From Bacteroidales bacterium (GTDB taxonomy: Bacteria > Bacteroidota > Bacteroidia > Bacteroidales > UBA1402): DNA of 64,000 nucleotides. Below are positions 8,263 through 16,359 of the stretch, in pieces. Position 1 is the stretch's first letter, and every line of letters begins with the position of its first letter. The notes under the pieces were generated by a model. The model saw only the letters and a program-made list of their open reading frames with translations. It was not told the origin of the DNA and searched no databases. The position numbers and the translations under genes are program-made. The stretch lies in NCBI GenBank assembly GCA_017468435.1, contig JAFUIP010000004.1, positions 18,668 through 82,667 of the forward strand. The letters run 5' to 3'.

Positions 8263-8538
8263 TTATTTCTTAACTTCGGTCATGAAGCTCTTAGCGGGCT
8301 TGAATGAAGGAATGTTGTGAGCAGGAATGATGATAGTAGTGTTCTTAGAAATGTTACGAGCAGTCTTCTGAGCTCTTTTCTTAACTACGAAACTACCGAA
8401 ACCGCGCAAATAAACATTTTCTTCCTTTACCAATGAAGCCTTGATGGTTTCCATCATAGCCTCAACAACGTTCAACACTGTTGCTTTTTCTACACCGGTA
8501 GTTTTGGCGATTTCGTTTACGATATCAGCTTTAGTCAT
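8263..8538 (-). CDS. hup: HU-family DNA-binding protein
   Basis: 91 aa. MTKADIVNEIAKTTG... plus the beta-arm RNISKNTTIIIPAHNIPSFKPAKSF. Confidence 0.95.
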   Translation of the reverse strand: MTKADIVNEIAKTTGVEKATVLNVVEAMMETIKASLVKEENVYLRGFGSFVVKKRAQKTARNISKNTTIIIPAHNIPSFKPAKSFMTEVKK

Positions 8539-8596
8539 TTTGATTGAATTTTAAGATTATACAATATATATTCTATTCATTTCCATTTTGGGCTTG

Positions 8597-8604
8597 CAAA
8601 TATA
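8597..8604 (-). promoter_or_regulatory. -7 promoter box (TATATTTG) for hup
   Basis: Exact TAnnTTTG match on the minus strand, about 58 nt upstream of the hup ATG. Confidence 0.5.
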
Positions 8605-8789
8605 GAGGAAAAATCCCACAAAAAATAATTATCCTTATCATTTTTTTACAAAAAAACTTCTTTTCTAACTATACTGAATATCAATACATTACAAATCAAG
8701 CAAAGTATTTTGAAGTCTTTTTGAATGAATACTCAAAGAAAAAACCTTATTTTGCATACTGAAAAGATAAGTCAATAGATATCAGATAT

Positions 8790-9839
8790 ATGGACATTCA
8801 CCAAAAACTCTGTGCCTGGTACCGCGAAAACAAAAGGGATTTACCTTGGAGAAAAACCAAAGATCCGTACAAGATCTGGCTCTCGGAAATCATCCTTCAA
8901 CAGACGCGTGTGCAACAGGGTTTACCTTATTATATAGATTTCATCGAAACTTTTCCCACGGTGAAGGCGCTTGCTGAGGCCACGGAAGACGAAGTGCTTC
9001 GACATTGGCAGGGACTGGGCTATTACAGCCGGGCAAGAAACCTGCATGCAACGGCCAAAATGATTGCATCGCAATACAAGGGCAAATTTCCGCAAAGCCA
9101 CGAAGGATTGCTTTCGTTGAAAGGAATCGGACCTTACACGGCGGCCGCCATCGCTTCGTTTGCTTTCGGACTGCCCCACGCTGTGGTAGATGGCAATGTC
9201 TATCGCGTATTGGCCAGGTTGTACGACATAGATTTGAACATTCTCGATAACGCTTCGCGAAAGCATTTTCAGGAAGTGGCCGAAAACACCATGCACAAAG
9301 AAGAAGCGGACCTTTTCAACCAGGCCATCATGGAATTCGGCGCACTACATTGTACGGCGCAATTGCCCCACTGCGAAGATTGCCCGCTCAGCGAACACTG
9401 CTTAGCTTTGGCGCATGGCAAGGTGGACGAACGTCCGGTGCGCATCAAGCACTTAGAAAGAAGGCAACGCTTTCTGCATTATTTATTTTTACACGACGGG
9501 GATCATGTCTGGATAAGACAACGAAGCGAAAAAGATATTTGGCAAGGACTTTGGGAATTTCCTCTGTTTGAAGAAGATAAAGCCTGCGATTGGGCGGAGC
9601 TCCTGCAACGTCATCCGGAAATAAAGACATGGATTGGCCTTGGCGCCGAAATTGCAGCAGAACGTTCTTTCCGACATCAATTGACGCATCAGGAATTATT
9701 CGCTACTTTCTTTCCAGTGATCAAATTGGGCGAAAAGGCTTGTGTTCCAAAAGATTTTCTAAAGATTCGTATGGAAGAGCTGGACAATTATGCGCTTTCC
9801 CGTCTCAGTTTGAAATATCTGGAAAAATTCAATTTTTAG
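8790..9839 (+). CDS. mutY: A/G-specific adenine DNA glycosylase MutY
   Basis: HhH-GPD (LKGIGPYTAAAIASFAF), 4Fe-4S loop CTAQLPHCEDCPLSEHC and a C-terminal NUDIX-like domain. Confidence 0.93.
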   Translation: MDIHQKLCAWYRENKRDLPWRKTKDPYKIWLSEIILQQTRVQQGLPYYIDFIETFPTVKALAEATEDEVLRHWQGLGYYSRARNLHATAKMIASQYKGKFPQSHEGLLSLKGIGPYTAAAIASFAFGLPHAVVDGNVYRVLARLYDIDLNILDNASRKHFQEVAENTMHKEEADLFNQAIMEFGALHCTAQLPHCEDCPLSEHCLALAHGKVDERPVRIKHLERRQRFLHYLFLHDGDHVWIRQRSEKDIWQGLWEFPLFEEDKACDWAELLQRHPEIKTWIGLGAEIAAERSFRHQLTHQELFATFFPVIKLGEKACVPKDFLKIRMEELDNYALSRLSLKYLEKFNF

Positions 9840-9856
9840 TTATTGTTAATTTTTTA

Positions 9857-9888
9857 TTTGCTTTTCTATAAAATCGATTGTATATTTG
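9857..9888 (+). promoter_or_regulatory. Promoter for ssb (TTTG-N20-TATATTTG)
   Basis: -33 TTTG at 9857-9860, a 20-nt spacer, and a -7 box at 9881-9888. This fits the Bacteroides TTTG-N19-21-TAnnTTTG architecture. Confidence 0.55.
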
Positions 9889-9955
9889 AGGCCTAAAAAG
9901 TCATCTTTCTTCATTCGAAAATGACAATTACATTAACACTTTAAAAACTATTATT

Positions 9956-10393
9956 ATGATTAACAAAGTTATCCTTGTGGGCAATGTGGGAAAGGATCCC
10001 GAAATCCGTTACATCGACAAAAACCTTGCCGTTGCCCGATTCTCGTTGGCTACCAGCGAAAGAGCTTACACCAACTCGAAAGGCGTACTGGTACCTGAAA
10101 AAACCGAATGGCACAACATCGTGGTTTGGAGAGGCCTGGCCGAAGTGGCCGAAAAACATGTCAGGAAAGGCACTCAGCTCTATATCGAGGGCAAAATCAC
10201 CTACAACCAATGGGTGGACAAATCGAAAGTGAGCCATGTAGCCACCGAAATCATCGCAGACACCATGCAACTTTTAGGCAAAAAACCGGACGAACTGCCT
10301 GCTCCCTTAAAAATCGAATATGTGGAAAGTGCCGGTGAAATGGATAATTTGCCCATGGCCGGAGCCGAAGACATCAACGACAACGGCATCTGA
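9956..10393 (+). CDS. ssb: Single-stranded DNA-binding protein
   Basis: OB-fold core MINKVILVGNVGKDPEIRY...WHNIVVWRGLAEVAEKHVRKGTQLYIEGKI. The C-terminus is ...EMDNLPMAGAEDINDNGI, with no terminal DDIPF/DDLPF. Confidence 0.92.
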   Translation: MINKVILVGNVGKDPEIRYIDKNLAVARFSLATSERAYTNSKGVLVPEKTEWHNIVVWRGLAEVAEKHVRKGTQLYIEGKITYNQWVDKSKVSHVATEIIADTMQLLGKKPDELPAPLKIEYVESAGEMDNLPMAGAEDINDNGI

Positions 10394-10394
10394 C

Positions 10395-11066
10395 ATGGCA
10401 CTGCACAGCATTGAACATCACGAGCATTATAGCTTGGCTATCTGGAAAATGGAGGAAAGCGCCGAAGTGCTTTCCTCGCTTCTGGATGCAGCCTTGCCCG
10501 GCGTACCTACCTCTTGCCCGCACATGACTTGCCCGCACATAGTTTGCCCTCACACGGCAGAAAAAAGGCGTCAGGAGTTTTACGCTTGCCGATTGGCCGC
10601 CTTGCAACTGGGCATCAATCCCCTATCCATCGAGAAACATCCCGACGGACATCCCGTTTTGAACGATGGTTCCGGATTCATCAGTTTTTCGCATAGCCGA
10701 GACTTTGCTGCTGTATTGTTCAGTTCCCAAAAAGATCATATAGGCATCGACATAGAGACAGCGAGTCCTCGTTTGCTGAAGGCCGCACAGAAATACATGA
10801 ATGGCAAGGAATTGGCTCACATCGAAGCATTTTTCCCCGATGAAAAGGCAACAATCGAAGCACTCACACTATATTGGTGCATTAAGGAAGCCTTGTTCAA
10901 AGCAGTGCAGAGCGGCAAGATCGATTTTCAGCAGTCGTTCCAAATAGAACTCGTAGAGACAGTAAAGTCAGAAGGCTCTCTGAAAGCTAGTTACAAGGAT
11001 TCGCATTTCCGTCTTGACTATCGTTTCGACGGGGAAAGCATGCTTTGCGTTTGCATGGAAGATTAG
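10395..11066 (+). CDS. 4'-phosphopantetheinyl transferase superfamily protein
   Basis: HIGIDIE and WCIKEALFKA motifs. The start is taken at ATG 10395, 1 nt after the ssb stop; the ORF-track extension overlaps ssb. Confidence 0.8.
   Translation: MALHSIEHHEHYSLAIWKMEESAEVLSSLLDAALPGVPTSCPHMTCPHIVCPHTAEKRRQEFYACRLAALQLGINPLSIEKHPDGHPVLNDGSGFISFSHSRDFAAVLFSSQKDHIGIDIETASPRLLKAAQKYMNGKELAHIEAFFPDEKATIEALTLYWCIKEALFKAVQSGKIDFQQSFQIELVETVKSEGSLKASYKDSHFRLDYRFDGESMLCVCMED
10513..10557 (+). repeat. Three imperfect copies of a 15-bp in-frame tandem repeat (encodes CPHM-TCPHI-VCPHT)
   Basis: cttgcccgcacatga / cttgcccgcacatag / tttgccctcacacgg, read directly. Confidence 0.85.
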
Positions 11067-11100
11067 TTTGCCTCTATGAGTTGGATTCTTCGAAGTGTAC

Positions 11101-12105
11101 TCACTTCCTGTTCTTCAGCATTATCCAGATAATGATGGGCGCGCCCACCAAAGAAGTGATGGAGTTGATGGGAAAACTTGCGTTGAAAACGGGCATCTGA
11201 GAAATAATGTCGCAAATAATCAGCAAACAGGAACCGCACAACATACATAGCGGTATCAATTGCCTGTGCGACCAGGTTTTCACAAGTCCTCTGGCAATAT
11301 GCGGAACGGTGATGCCAATAAAGGAAATAGGACCGGCAAAGGCTGTCACGCCACCACTTAACAGGGCAGTCGCCATAATCAGACAAAAGCGGGTTCTTGG
11401 CACTGAAACGCCCAAAGTTTTGGCATAAGAATCACCCAAAAGCATCACATCCAGAAGCTTGACCATCATAAAAGCGAGAAAGACGCCAAAAAGAAATATC
11501 GCCAACAGGGCCGGCATCATTTTCCAGGAGACAGAGCTTAGGCTACCAAAGGTCCACACCACAAAAAGCTTCAGGGAATCGGGATTGGTCATACTTTGCA
11601 GGAGACTGACCACAGAGGATGCAATGTAACCGAACATCATTCCCACAATGAGCAAGGACACGATATTGGGCATTTTTCTTGAAACAAAGAGCACAAGCAT
11701 CAATACCAGGAAAGCGCCGAGTACGGCTGCCAGGATAATGGTCCAAGGGCCGCTTTTCATCAAGAAACTACCGCCTACAGAGCTGAGCATGAGCAACAAG
11801 GCAACGCCGAGACTAGCACCGGAATTCACTCCCAGGACGTCGGGACCAGCCAATGGATTGCGAAACATGGACTGCATCATCAAGCCGGAAAGCGACAAGG
11901 CCGAACCTGCGATAATGGCGGTGAGCAACTTGGGCAAACGGAAATTGCGCACGATTTCGGTGTAAATGCTTTCTTCCTGACCCGAAGCAAACAAGGCACT
12001 CCAAACCTCAGAAAGCGGAATACGAATATTTCCCAAGCACAAATCTGCCATGGCCAAAAAGGCAAAAAGCAGCAGCAATAAGGCAATTGTCCAATGTTTC
12101 TTCAT
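11101..12105 (-). CDS. FecCD/BtuC-family ABC importer permease
   Basis: 334-aa polytopic membrane protein with the typical FecCD layout (...GPISFIGITVPHIARGL...). Confidence 0.9.
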   Translation of the reverse strand: MKKHWTIALLLLLFAFLAMADLCLGNIRIPLSEVWSALFASGQEESIYTEIVRNFRLPKLLTAIIAGSALSLSGLMMQSMFRNPLAGPDVLGVNSGASLGVALLLMLSSVGGSFLMKSGPWTIILAAVLGAFLVLMLVLFVSRKMPNIVSLLIVGMMFGYIASSVVSLLQSMTNPDSLKLFVVWTFGSLSSVSWKMMPALLAIFLFGVFLAFMMVKLLDVMLLGDSYAKTLGVSVPRTRFCLIMATALLSGGVTAFAGPISFIGITVPHIARGLVKTWSHRQLIPLCMLCGSCLLIICDIISQMPVFNASFPINSITSLVGAPIIIWIMLKNRK

Positions 12106-12127
12106 ATCAAGTAGAGGTTTCCTTGTG

Positions 12128-13468
12128 TCAATGTAATTTACGGAGATAATACCATTGCTGCTCAGGCAAGAGTTGCGGATGCAGCAATTTCACGAAATCC
12201 GAGAGCAGATATTCAGGATGCACCACGGCCGTTTCCCAAAAATCGTTGCCACCTTCGGGGGTAATTGCTCTGTCGTAAGCATAGACTTCACCTTGCTTAA
12301 AGGCTGAAAACAAAGCATAACGTGGATCTTTAGAAGCCAAATCCTGCTTATCGGCCGCACTGACACCCACCCAGACATCCGACTGACTCATGTCACGGAG
12401 CACTCTTTCCACATTCAAAGAAAGGCTGCCGGAGGTGCTGTCCGAAGCATAAAGATAATCGCCACCGGCATCGCGAAACAGCTGGGCCATATAACTGCGG
12501 CCACCGGGCACGTACCAAGTTCCTCTGAAATTCTCGCCGGGAAGAATACTCTTCTTATTCGAATCATCGCCTGCGGCCAAATCTTTCAAAGCATGATACG
12601 AGCGCATCGTTTCGCAGTAGATACTATCGGCCTGAGCTTCTTTATCGAAAAAAGCTGCCACGAAACGAATCCATTCGGCACGAGCCAGAAGATCTGCCTC
12701 CATCCACTCGTTCACTTCAACAACCGGGAGGCCTGACTCCTGCAAAAAAGCGGTCTTGTTATCGAATTGTCCGTAAGAAGTCTTGAAGAAGGCTTGTGAG
12801 CGCAAGGCCAGCACTTTTTCGGCATTCAAGGAGAAATTATCTCCTAAATCTTGCACGAAACCCTGTAGCCTCATTTCTTGAATCTGCTGATTATAAACCA
12901 AATGCGGATTACAAACACCTTTCACGACAGACAAAAGACTGAGTGCATCGAGCATAGCCACATGCGAACAGGAAGAAAGCGCCACAGATTGAAGAGGAAT
13001 TCTCACCGCAAGCGCTCCTGGTTCACGGGCCACAGCCCGTTCTACGGATTGTGCTACAGTTTGTTCTACGGATTGTGCTACAGCCCGTTCTACGGATTGT
13101 GCTACAGTTTGTTCTACGGCTTGGTTCGCAGCGGAGCAAGCCGAACACTCAGTCGCAGAAGCCGCGCTCTCAGCAGAAGCCGCGTTCTCAGCAGTGTGAT
13201 ATAGATAATAGACAGCCGATTTTCCACCCCAAGGATTGAAAACCTCGACGCGCTTGTAGGAAGGATAATAAGAAATGCTAAATCCCTTTGCATGATATAA
13301 TTGCATGATAGAATCGGGCTGCAGTTCCTGCAAAGAGAGATTTTGCCGATGCTGATGCTGCGAACGACGACAAGATGACATCGACACAGATAGAATCGAC
13401 AAAAAAATACATAAAAAAAGGCGTCTTGTAAAAGACGCCCACTGTCTGTTGTAAATCTTATTCAGCAT
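12128..13468 (-). CDS. Lipoprotein ABC substrate-binding protein (BtuF/FhuD-type) with a repeat insertion
   Basis: Lipobox SVSMSSC. The periplasmic-binding fold is recognisable after residue ~150. The ORF-track start is TTG, so ATG 13466-13468 is preferred; it overlaps the secG end by 11 nt. Confidence 0.8.
   Translation of the reverse strand: MLNKIYNRQWASFTRRLFLCIFLSILSVSMSSCRRSQHQHRQNLSLQELQPDSIMQLYHAKGFSISYYPSYKRVEVFNPWGGKSAVYYLYHTAENAASAESAASATECSACSAANQAVEQTVAQSVERAVAQSVEQTVAQSVERAVAREPGALAVRIPLQSVALSSCSHVAMLDALSLLSVVKGVCNPHLVYNQQIQEMRLQGFVQDLGDNFSLNAEKVLALRSQAFFKTSYGQFDNKTAFLQESGLPVVEVNEWMEADLLARAEWIRFVAAFFDKEAQADSIYCETMRSYHALKDLAAGDDSNKKSILPGENFRGTWYVPGGRSYMAQLFRDAGGDYLYASDSTSGSLSLNVERVLRDMSQSDVWVGVSAADKQDLASKDPRYALFSAFKQGEVYAYDRAITPEGGNDFWETAVVHPEYLLSDFVKLLHPQLLPEQQWYYLRKLH
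13033..13128 (-). repeat. Four copies of a 24-bp in-frame tandem repeat (2 x 48 bp), encoding (VEQTVAQS/VERAVAQS)n
   Basis: cagcccgttctacggattgtgcta / cagtttgttctacggattgtgcta / cagcccgttctacggattgtgcta / cagtttgttctacggcttggttcg. Confidence 0.9.
13157..13192 (-). repeat. Two copies of an 18-bp in-frame tandem repeat, encoding AENAAS-AESAAS
   Basis: agaagccgcgctctcagc / agaagccgcgttctcagc (1 mismatch). Confidence 0.9.
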
Positions 13469-13781
13469 CTTCAAAGTTAGGAGCTGTCAGGTTGGGATCT
13501 ACTGCAACGGCATTTTCAACTTGTTCCTTGATAACTGAATCTCTTTCTCCCACTTGAGCCTTAGGAATGAAAGCAGTTGACAAGATGCAACCCAAGAGAA
13601 CAAAGCCAGCCAAAGCCCAAGTAGCTTTTTCCAGAAAATCGGTGGTCTTACGCACACCCATAATCTGATTTGACGAAGCAAAACCAGAAGCCAAGCCACC
13701 ACCCTTAGAGTTTTGAACCAAAACAATAAGAACGAGAACCACAGCGACAATGAAGACTAAAATCGTGATTAGCAAATACAT
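13458..13781 (-). CDS. secG: Preprotein translocase subunit SecG
   Basis: 107 aa, two TM helices, and the LVQNSKGGGLASGF motif. Confidence 0.9.
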   Translation of the reverse strand: MYLLITILVFIVAVVLVLIVLVQNSKGGGLASGFASSNQIMGVRKTTDFLEKATWALAGFVLLGCILSTAFIPKAQVGERDSVIKEQVENAVAVDPNLTAPNFEDAE

Positions 13782-13787
13782 AGCTGC

Positions 13788-14576
13788 TTATTTATTTAAA
13801 TGAGTTAATAATTTTTCCAAGAATCTGATTTGGTCGGCAAAGTAAACACTTTTTTCTGGATTATTCAAGGACAAAGACTTTAATATTTCCAATGCACGTG
13901 CATATTTTTTCTGTTGGAGATAAATCTTCACCAAAGTCAGTGTCAATGAATCATTTGGCAGCGATTCCCAAGCCGACTGAACCTCTGTTTCAAAATCTGT
14001 CGAAGACGAAATGACAGGCGTATCTTCCGCGTCTTCCTGCGGTATTTCTTCTTGCGGATGATCCAAAAACATTTGAATTTCAGGCGAAGCAAAAGAGACA
14101 TCTTCCAGCGGTTCTGATTCTGAAGCGGGCGTCAGAGAAGCCTCCACATCATAAGTCGCATAGAATTGTTCCAAGCTCTCAATCGATTGTTTTTCAGTCG
14201 ATTCCGAAGACGATTCTGAAGACGATTCGGGAAGCGATTCGCCACTTTGCTCCAAGAAAGAATCAATCAAATCGAAAGCATCACTTGGCAAGGAATCCGG
14301 CGCAAGACCCTCAGACGAAAGCAGTTGCTCATTCTCCTGCATGTCCTTATCCTGAACAAAATAAAACAGACGCGAACGATTGGGCGAAGCCAAAGAAGTC
14401 TGAAATAGCTGCGACTCGTAAGTAAGATCCTTATTCTGATACAAAGTCCTCAGATACAGTTCTTTCGCAGCCGCAAAACAAGGATATTGCCTCAGAATCT
14501 CTTCCAAACGAGGCAAATCCTTTTCCGTCAGATGTTGAGGATGTTGCAAAAAATGTATGAAAGTTTCCGGAGTCAT
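13788..14576 (-). CDS. Hypothetical acidic protein with helical-repeat ends
   Basis: ATG 14574-14576 overlaps the lptE stop by 1 nt (TGATG); the ORF-track start is TTG. The central region is Ser/Glu-rich. The gene is syntenic with the LptE/SecG block. Confidence 0.7.
   Translation of the reverse strand: MTPETFIHFLQHPQHLTEKDLPRLEEILRQYPCFAAAKELYLRTLYQNKDLTYESQLFQTSLASPNRSRLFYFVQDKDMQENEQLLSSEGLAPDSLPSDAFDLIDSFLEQSGESLPESSSESSSESTEKQSIESLEQFYATYDVEASLTPASESEPLEDVSFASPEIQMFLDHPQEEIPQEDAEDTPVISSSTDFETEVQSAWESLPNDSLTLTLVKIYLQQKKYARALEILKSLSLNNPEKSVYFADQIRFLEKLLTHLNK
14199..14240 (-). repeat. About 3.5 copies of a 12-bp in-frame tandem repeat, encoding (SESS)n
   Basis: cgattccgaaga / cgattctgaaga / cgattcgggaag / cgattc. 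Confidence 0.8.
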
Positions 14577-15085
14577 CACCAATTGGCCACTGTGCGGTTA
14601 AAGATACTTTCCGTGATTTCCTTGATAATTTCTTCCAAAAGGCTATCCTGCACATCGTCAAGCATTTGCGTAGAAGAAAAAGTCTGATAAGCGCTGAAAC
14701 GCTGCTCGAAATCTTCCTTTTCGTTCTTGGTGTTGACAAAACGCACGTTCACCGTCATGGTCAATTTGGTTTCGGAAGCATAACCATCGGCCTGGGCAGC
14801 CAAAGGTGTCAAGTCGTAACCGACAATTTCGCCTTCCACCTGCAAATCTCCATCGCTATTGATCACTTTCAGTTTGGTCTGACGGGTATAAATATCCTTC
14901 AACGCTTCGGTAAAAGTCTGCGAAAGAGGAGGATACACCAACAAAGCCTGGTTAGGAAAATCCTTCACCGAAATCGTTTTGGTGGCATTATAGTCGATGG
15001 AGGCTCCATTGAATTTGTAACTGATGGTGCAAGCCGCCAGGAACAGACAGAGAATCAAGGAGAAAGCAATTAGAATCCTTTTCAT
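14576..15085 (-). CDS. lptE: LptE-family LPS-assembly lipoprotein
   Basis: Lipobox LFLAAC, then TISYKFNGASIDYNATKTISVKDFPNQALLVYPPLSQTFTEAL, which is typical of Bacteroidota LptE. ATG 15083-15085 is preferred over the track's TTG. Confidence 0.75.
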   Translation of the reverse strand: MKRILIAFSLILCLFLAACTISYKFNGASIDYNATKTISVKDFPNQALLVYPPLSQTFTEALKDIYTRQTKLKVINSDGDLQVEGEIVGYDLTPLAAQADGYASETKLTMTVNVRFVNTKNEKEDFEQRFSAYQTFSSTQMLDDVQDSLLEEIIKEITESIFNRTVANW

Positions 15086-15086
15086 G

Positions 15087-16340
15087 TCAATCAAGGTGAT
15101 ATAATTTTATCTTTCTATACAAGGTACGCTCGGAAATATTCAAATCGTCGGCAGCATTTTTTCTGCGTCCGCCATTGCGTTCCAAGGCCTTGCGAATGGC
15201 TTCTTTTTCCATGTCTTCCAAAGAAACAGCCGCTTCTACATATTCGGTAGCATCCTGAACGTCAGAGACTTCCTTCACAGGAACGTTCACCGGCATCTGC
15301 ACAGGCACCGACACAGAAGGGTCTTCTTCGAAAATGGGATAAATATGCGAATCCATCTGAGCAGCATCCACCGGATGATTCTGCATCAAATCGTGCACCA
15401 AGGCCTTCAAGTCGCTCATATCCTTCTTCATATCAAAGAGCACCTGATAGAGAAATTCTCTCTCGTTAGAAGAGAAGCTATCGCGTTGAGAATGAGAGCG
15501 AGAATTATTCTGTTCGCTATATAGCACGGGCATGGTATTGATGGAAGCGTCTATGTATTCCTTTATATCGTCCGCCGTAATTTCCTGTTGTTTGGCCAAA
15601 ACGGCCACGCGCTCTGCCAGATTCTTGAGCTCGCGTATATTTCCCGGCCAACGATAACTGAGCATCAGCTGTTTAGCTTCTTCGTTGAGTTGTACGTTGG
15701 GCATGCGATACTGTTCGGTCACATCGGAAGTGAACTTGCGGAACAAGCGCAAAATATCGTCGGGACGTTCACGCAAAGGAGGCACGATGATGGAAATGGC
15801 ATTCAGTCGATAATACAAATCGGCACGGAAACGTCCGCTACGAATGGCTTCCGACATGTCTTGATTGGTGGCAGCCACTACTCTCACATTGGTTTTCATC
15901 ACCTTGGAAGCACCCACACGGATAAATTCGCCTGACTCCAACACACGAAGCAAACGAGCCTGCGTAGGCAAAGGCAATTCTGCCACCTCATCAAGAAAAA
16001 TCGTACCACCATCGGCCACTTCGAAATAACCCTTTCTGTCGGCTATAGCACCGGTAAATGCACCTTTCTCGTGTCCGAAAAGCTCTGAATCTATGGTTCC
16101 TTCGGGAATGGCCGCACAGTTGATGGGATGATAGGGACCGAATTTTCGCTTGCTGAATTGATGTATGATATTGGGAAAGAATTCCTTACCCGAACCGCTT
16201 TCACCTGTCACCAAAACAGAAAGATCGGTGGGCGCCACCTGCACTGCGATGTCGATGGCCCTGTTCAAAGCCGGCGTATCACCGATAATACGGAAACGCT
16301 GTTTGATTGCAATAAGTTCTTCTTTGGTCATGCTTTGCAT
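15087..16340 (-). CDS. Sigma-54-dependent transcriptional activator (AAA+ plus Fis HTH, no receiver or sensor domain)
   Basis: Walker A GESGSGKE, sigma-54 contact loop GAFTGA, Walker B IFLDEV and a C-terminal HTH (ISERTLYRKIK). The AAA+ domain begins about 20 aa from the N-terminus. Confidence 0.9.
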   Translation of the reverse strand: MQSMTKEELIAIKQRFRIIGDTPALNRAIDIAVQVAPTDLSVLVTGESGSGKEFFPNIIHQFSKRKFGPYHPINCAAIPEGTIDSELFGHEKGAFTGAIADRKGYFEVADGGTIFLDEVAELPLPTQARLLRVLESGEFIRVGASKVMKTNVRVVAATNQDMSEAIRSGRFRADLYYRLNAISIIVPPLRERPDDILRLFRKFTSDVTEQYRMPNVQLNEEAKQLMLSYRWPGNIRELKNLAERVAVLAKQQEITADDIKEYIDASINTMPVLYSEQNNSRSHSQRDSFSSNEREFLYQVLFDMKKDMSDLKALVHDLMQNHPVDAAQMDSHIYPIFEEDPSVSVPVQMPVNVPVKEVSDVQDATEYVEAAVSLEDMEKEAIRKALERNGGRRKNAADDLNISERTLYRKIKLYHLD

Positions 16341-16359
16341 CTATTAATCTTCCTGAACC

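Noticed and set aside
8544-8762. 72-aa ORF in the hup-mutY divergent intergenic region.
   Set aside because: It covers AT-rich promoter DNA and contains the hup -7 box. Its composition is Ile/Phe/Tyr/Lys-rich, typical of translated AT-rich spacer, and it has no plausible start context.
13033-13192. Regularly spaced direct repeats that could be mistaken for a mini CRISPR array.
   Set aside because: The repeats are contiguous with no spacers, are in frame inside a coding sequence, and have no cas genes nearby.
13469-13560. Expected cobalamin riboswitch or Fur box upstream of the BtuF/FhuD-type transporter.
   Set aside because: The transporter start overlaps the secG coding end, so there is no non-coding leader in which such an element could sit.
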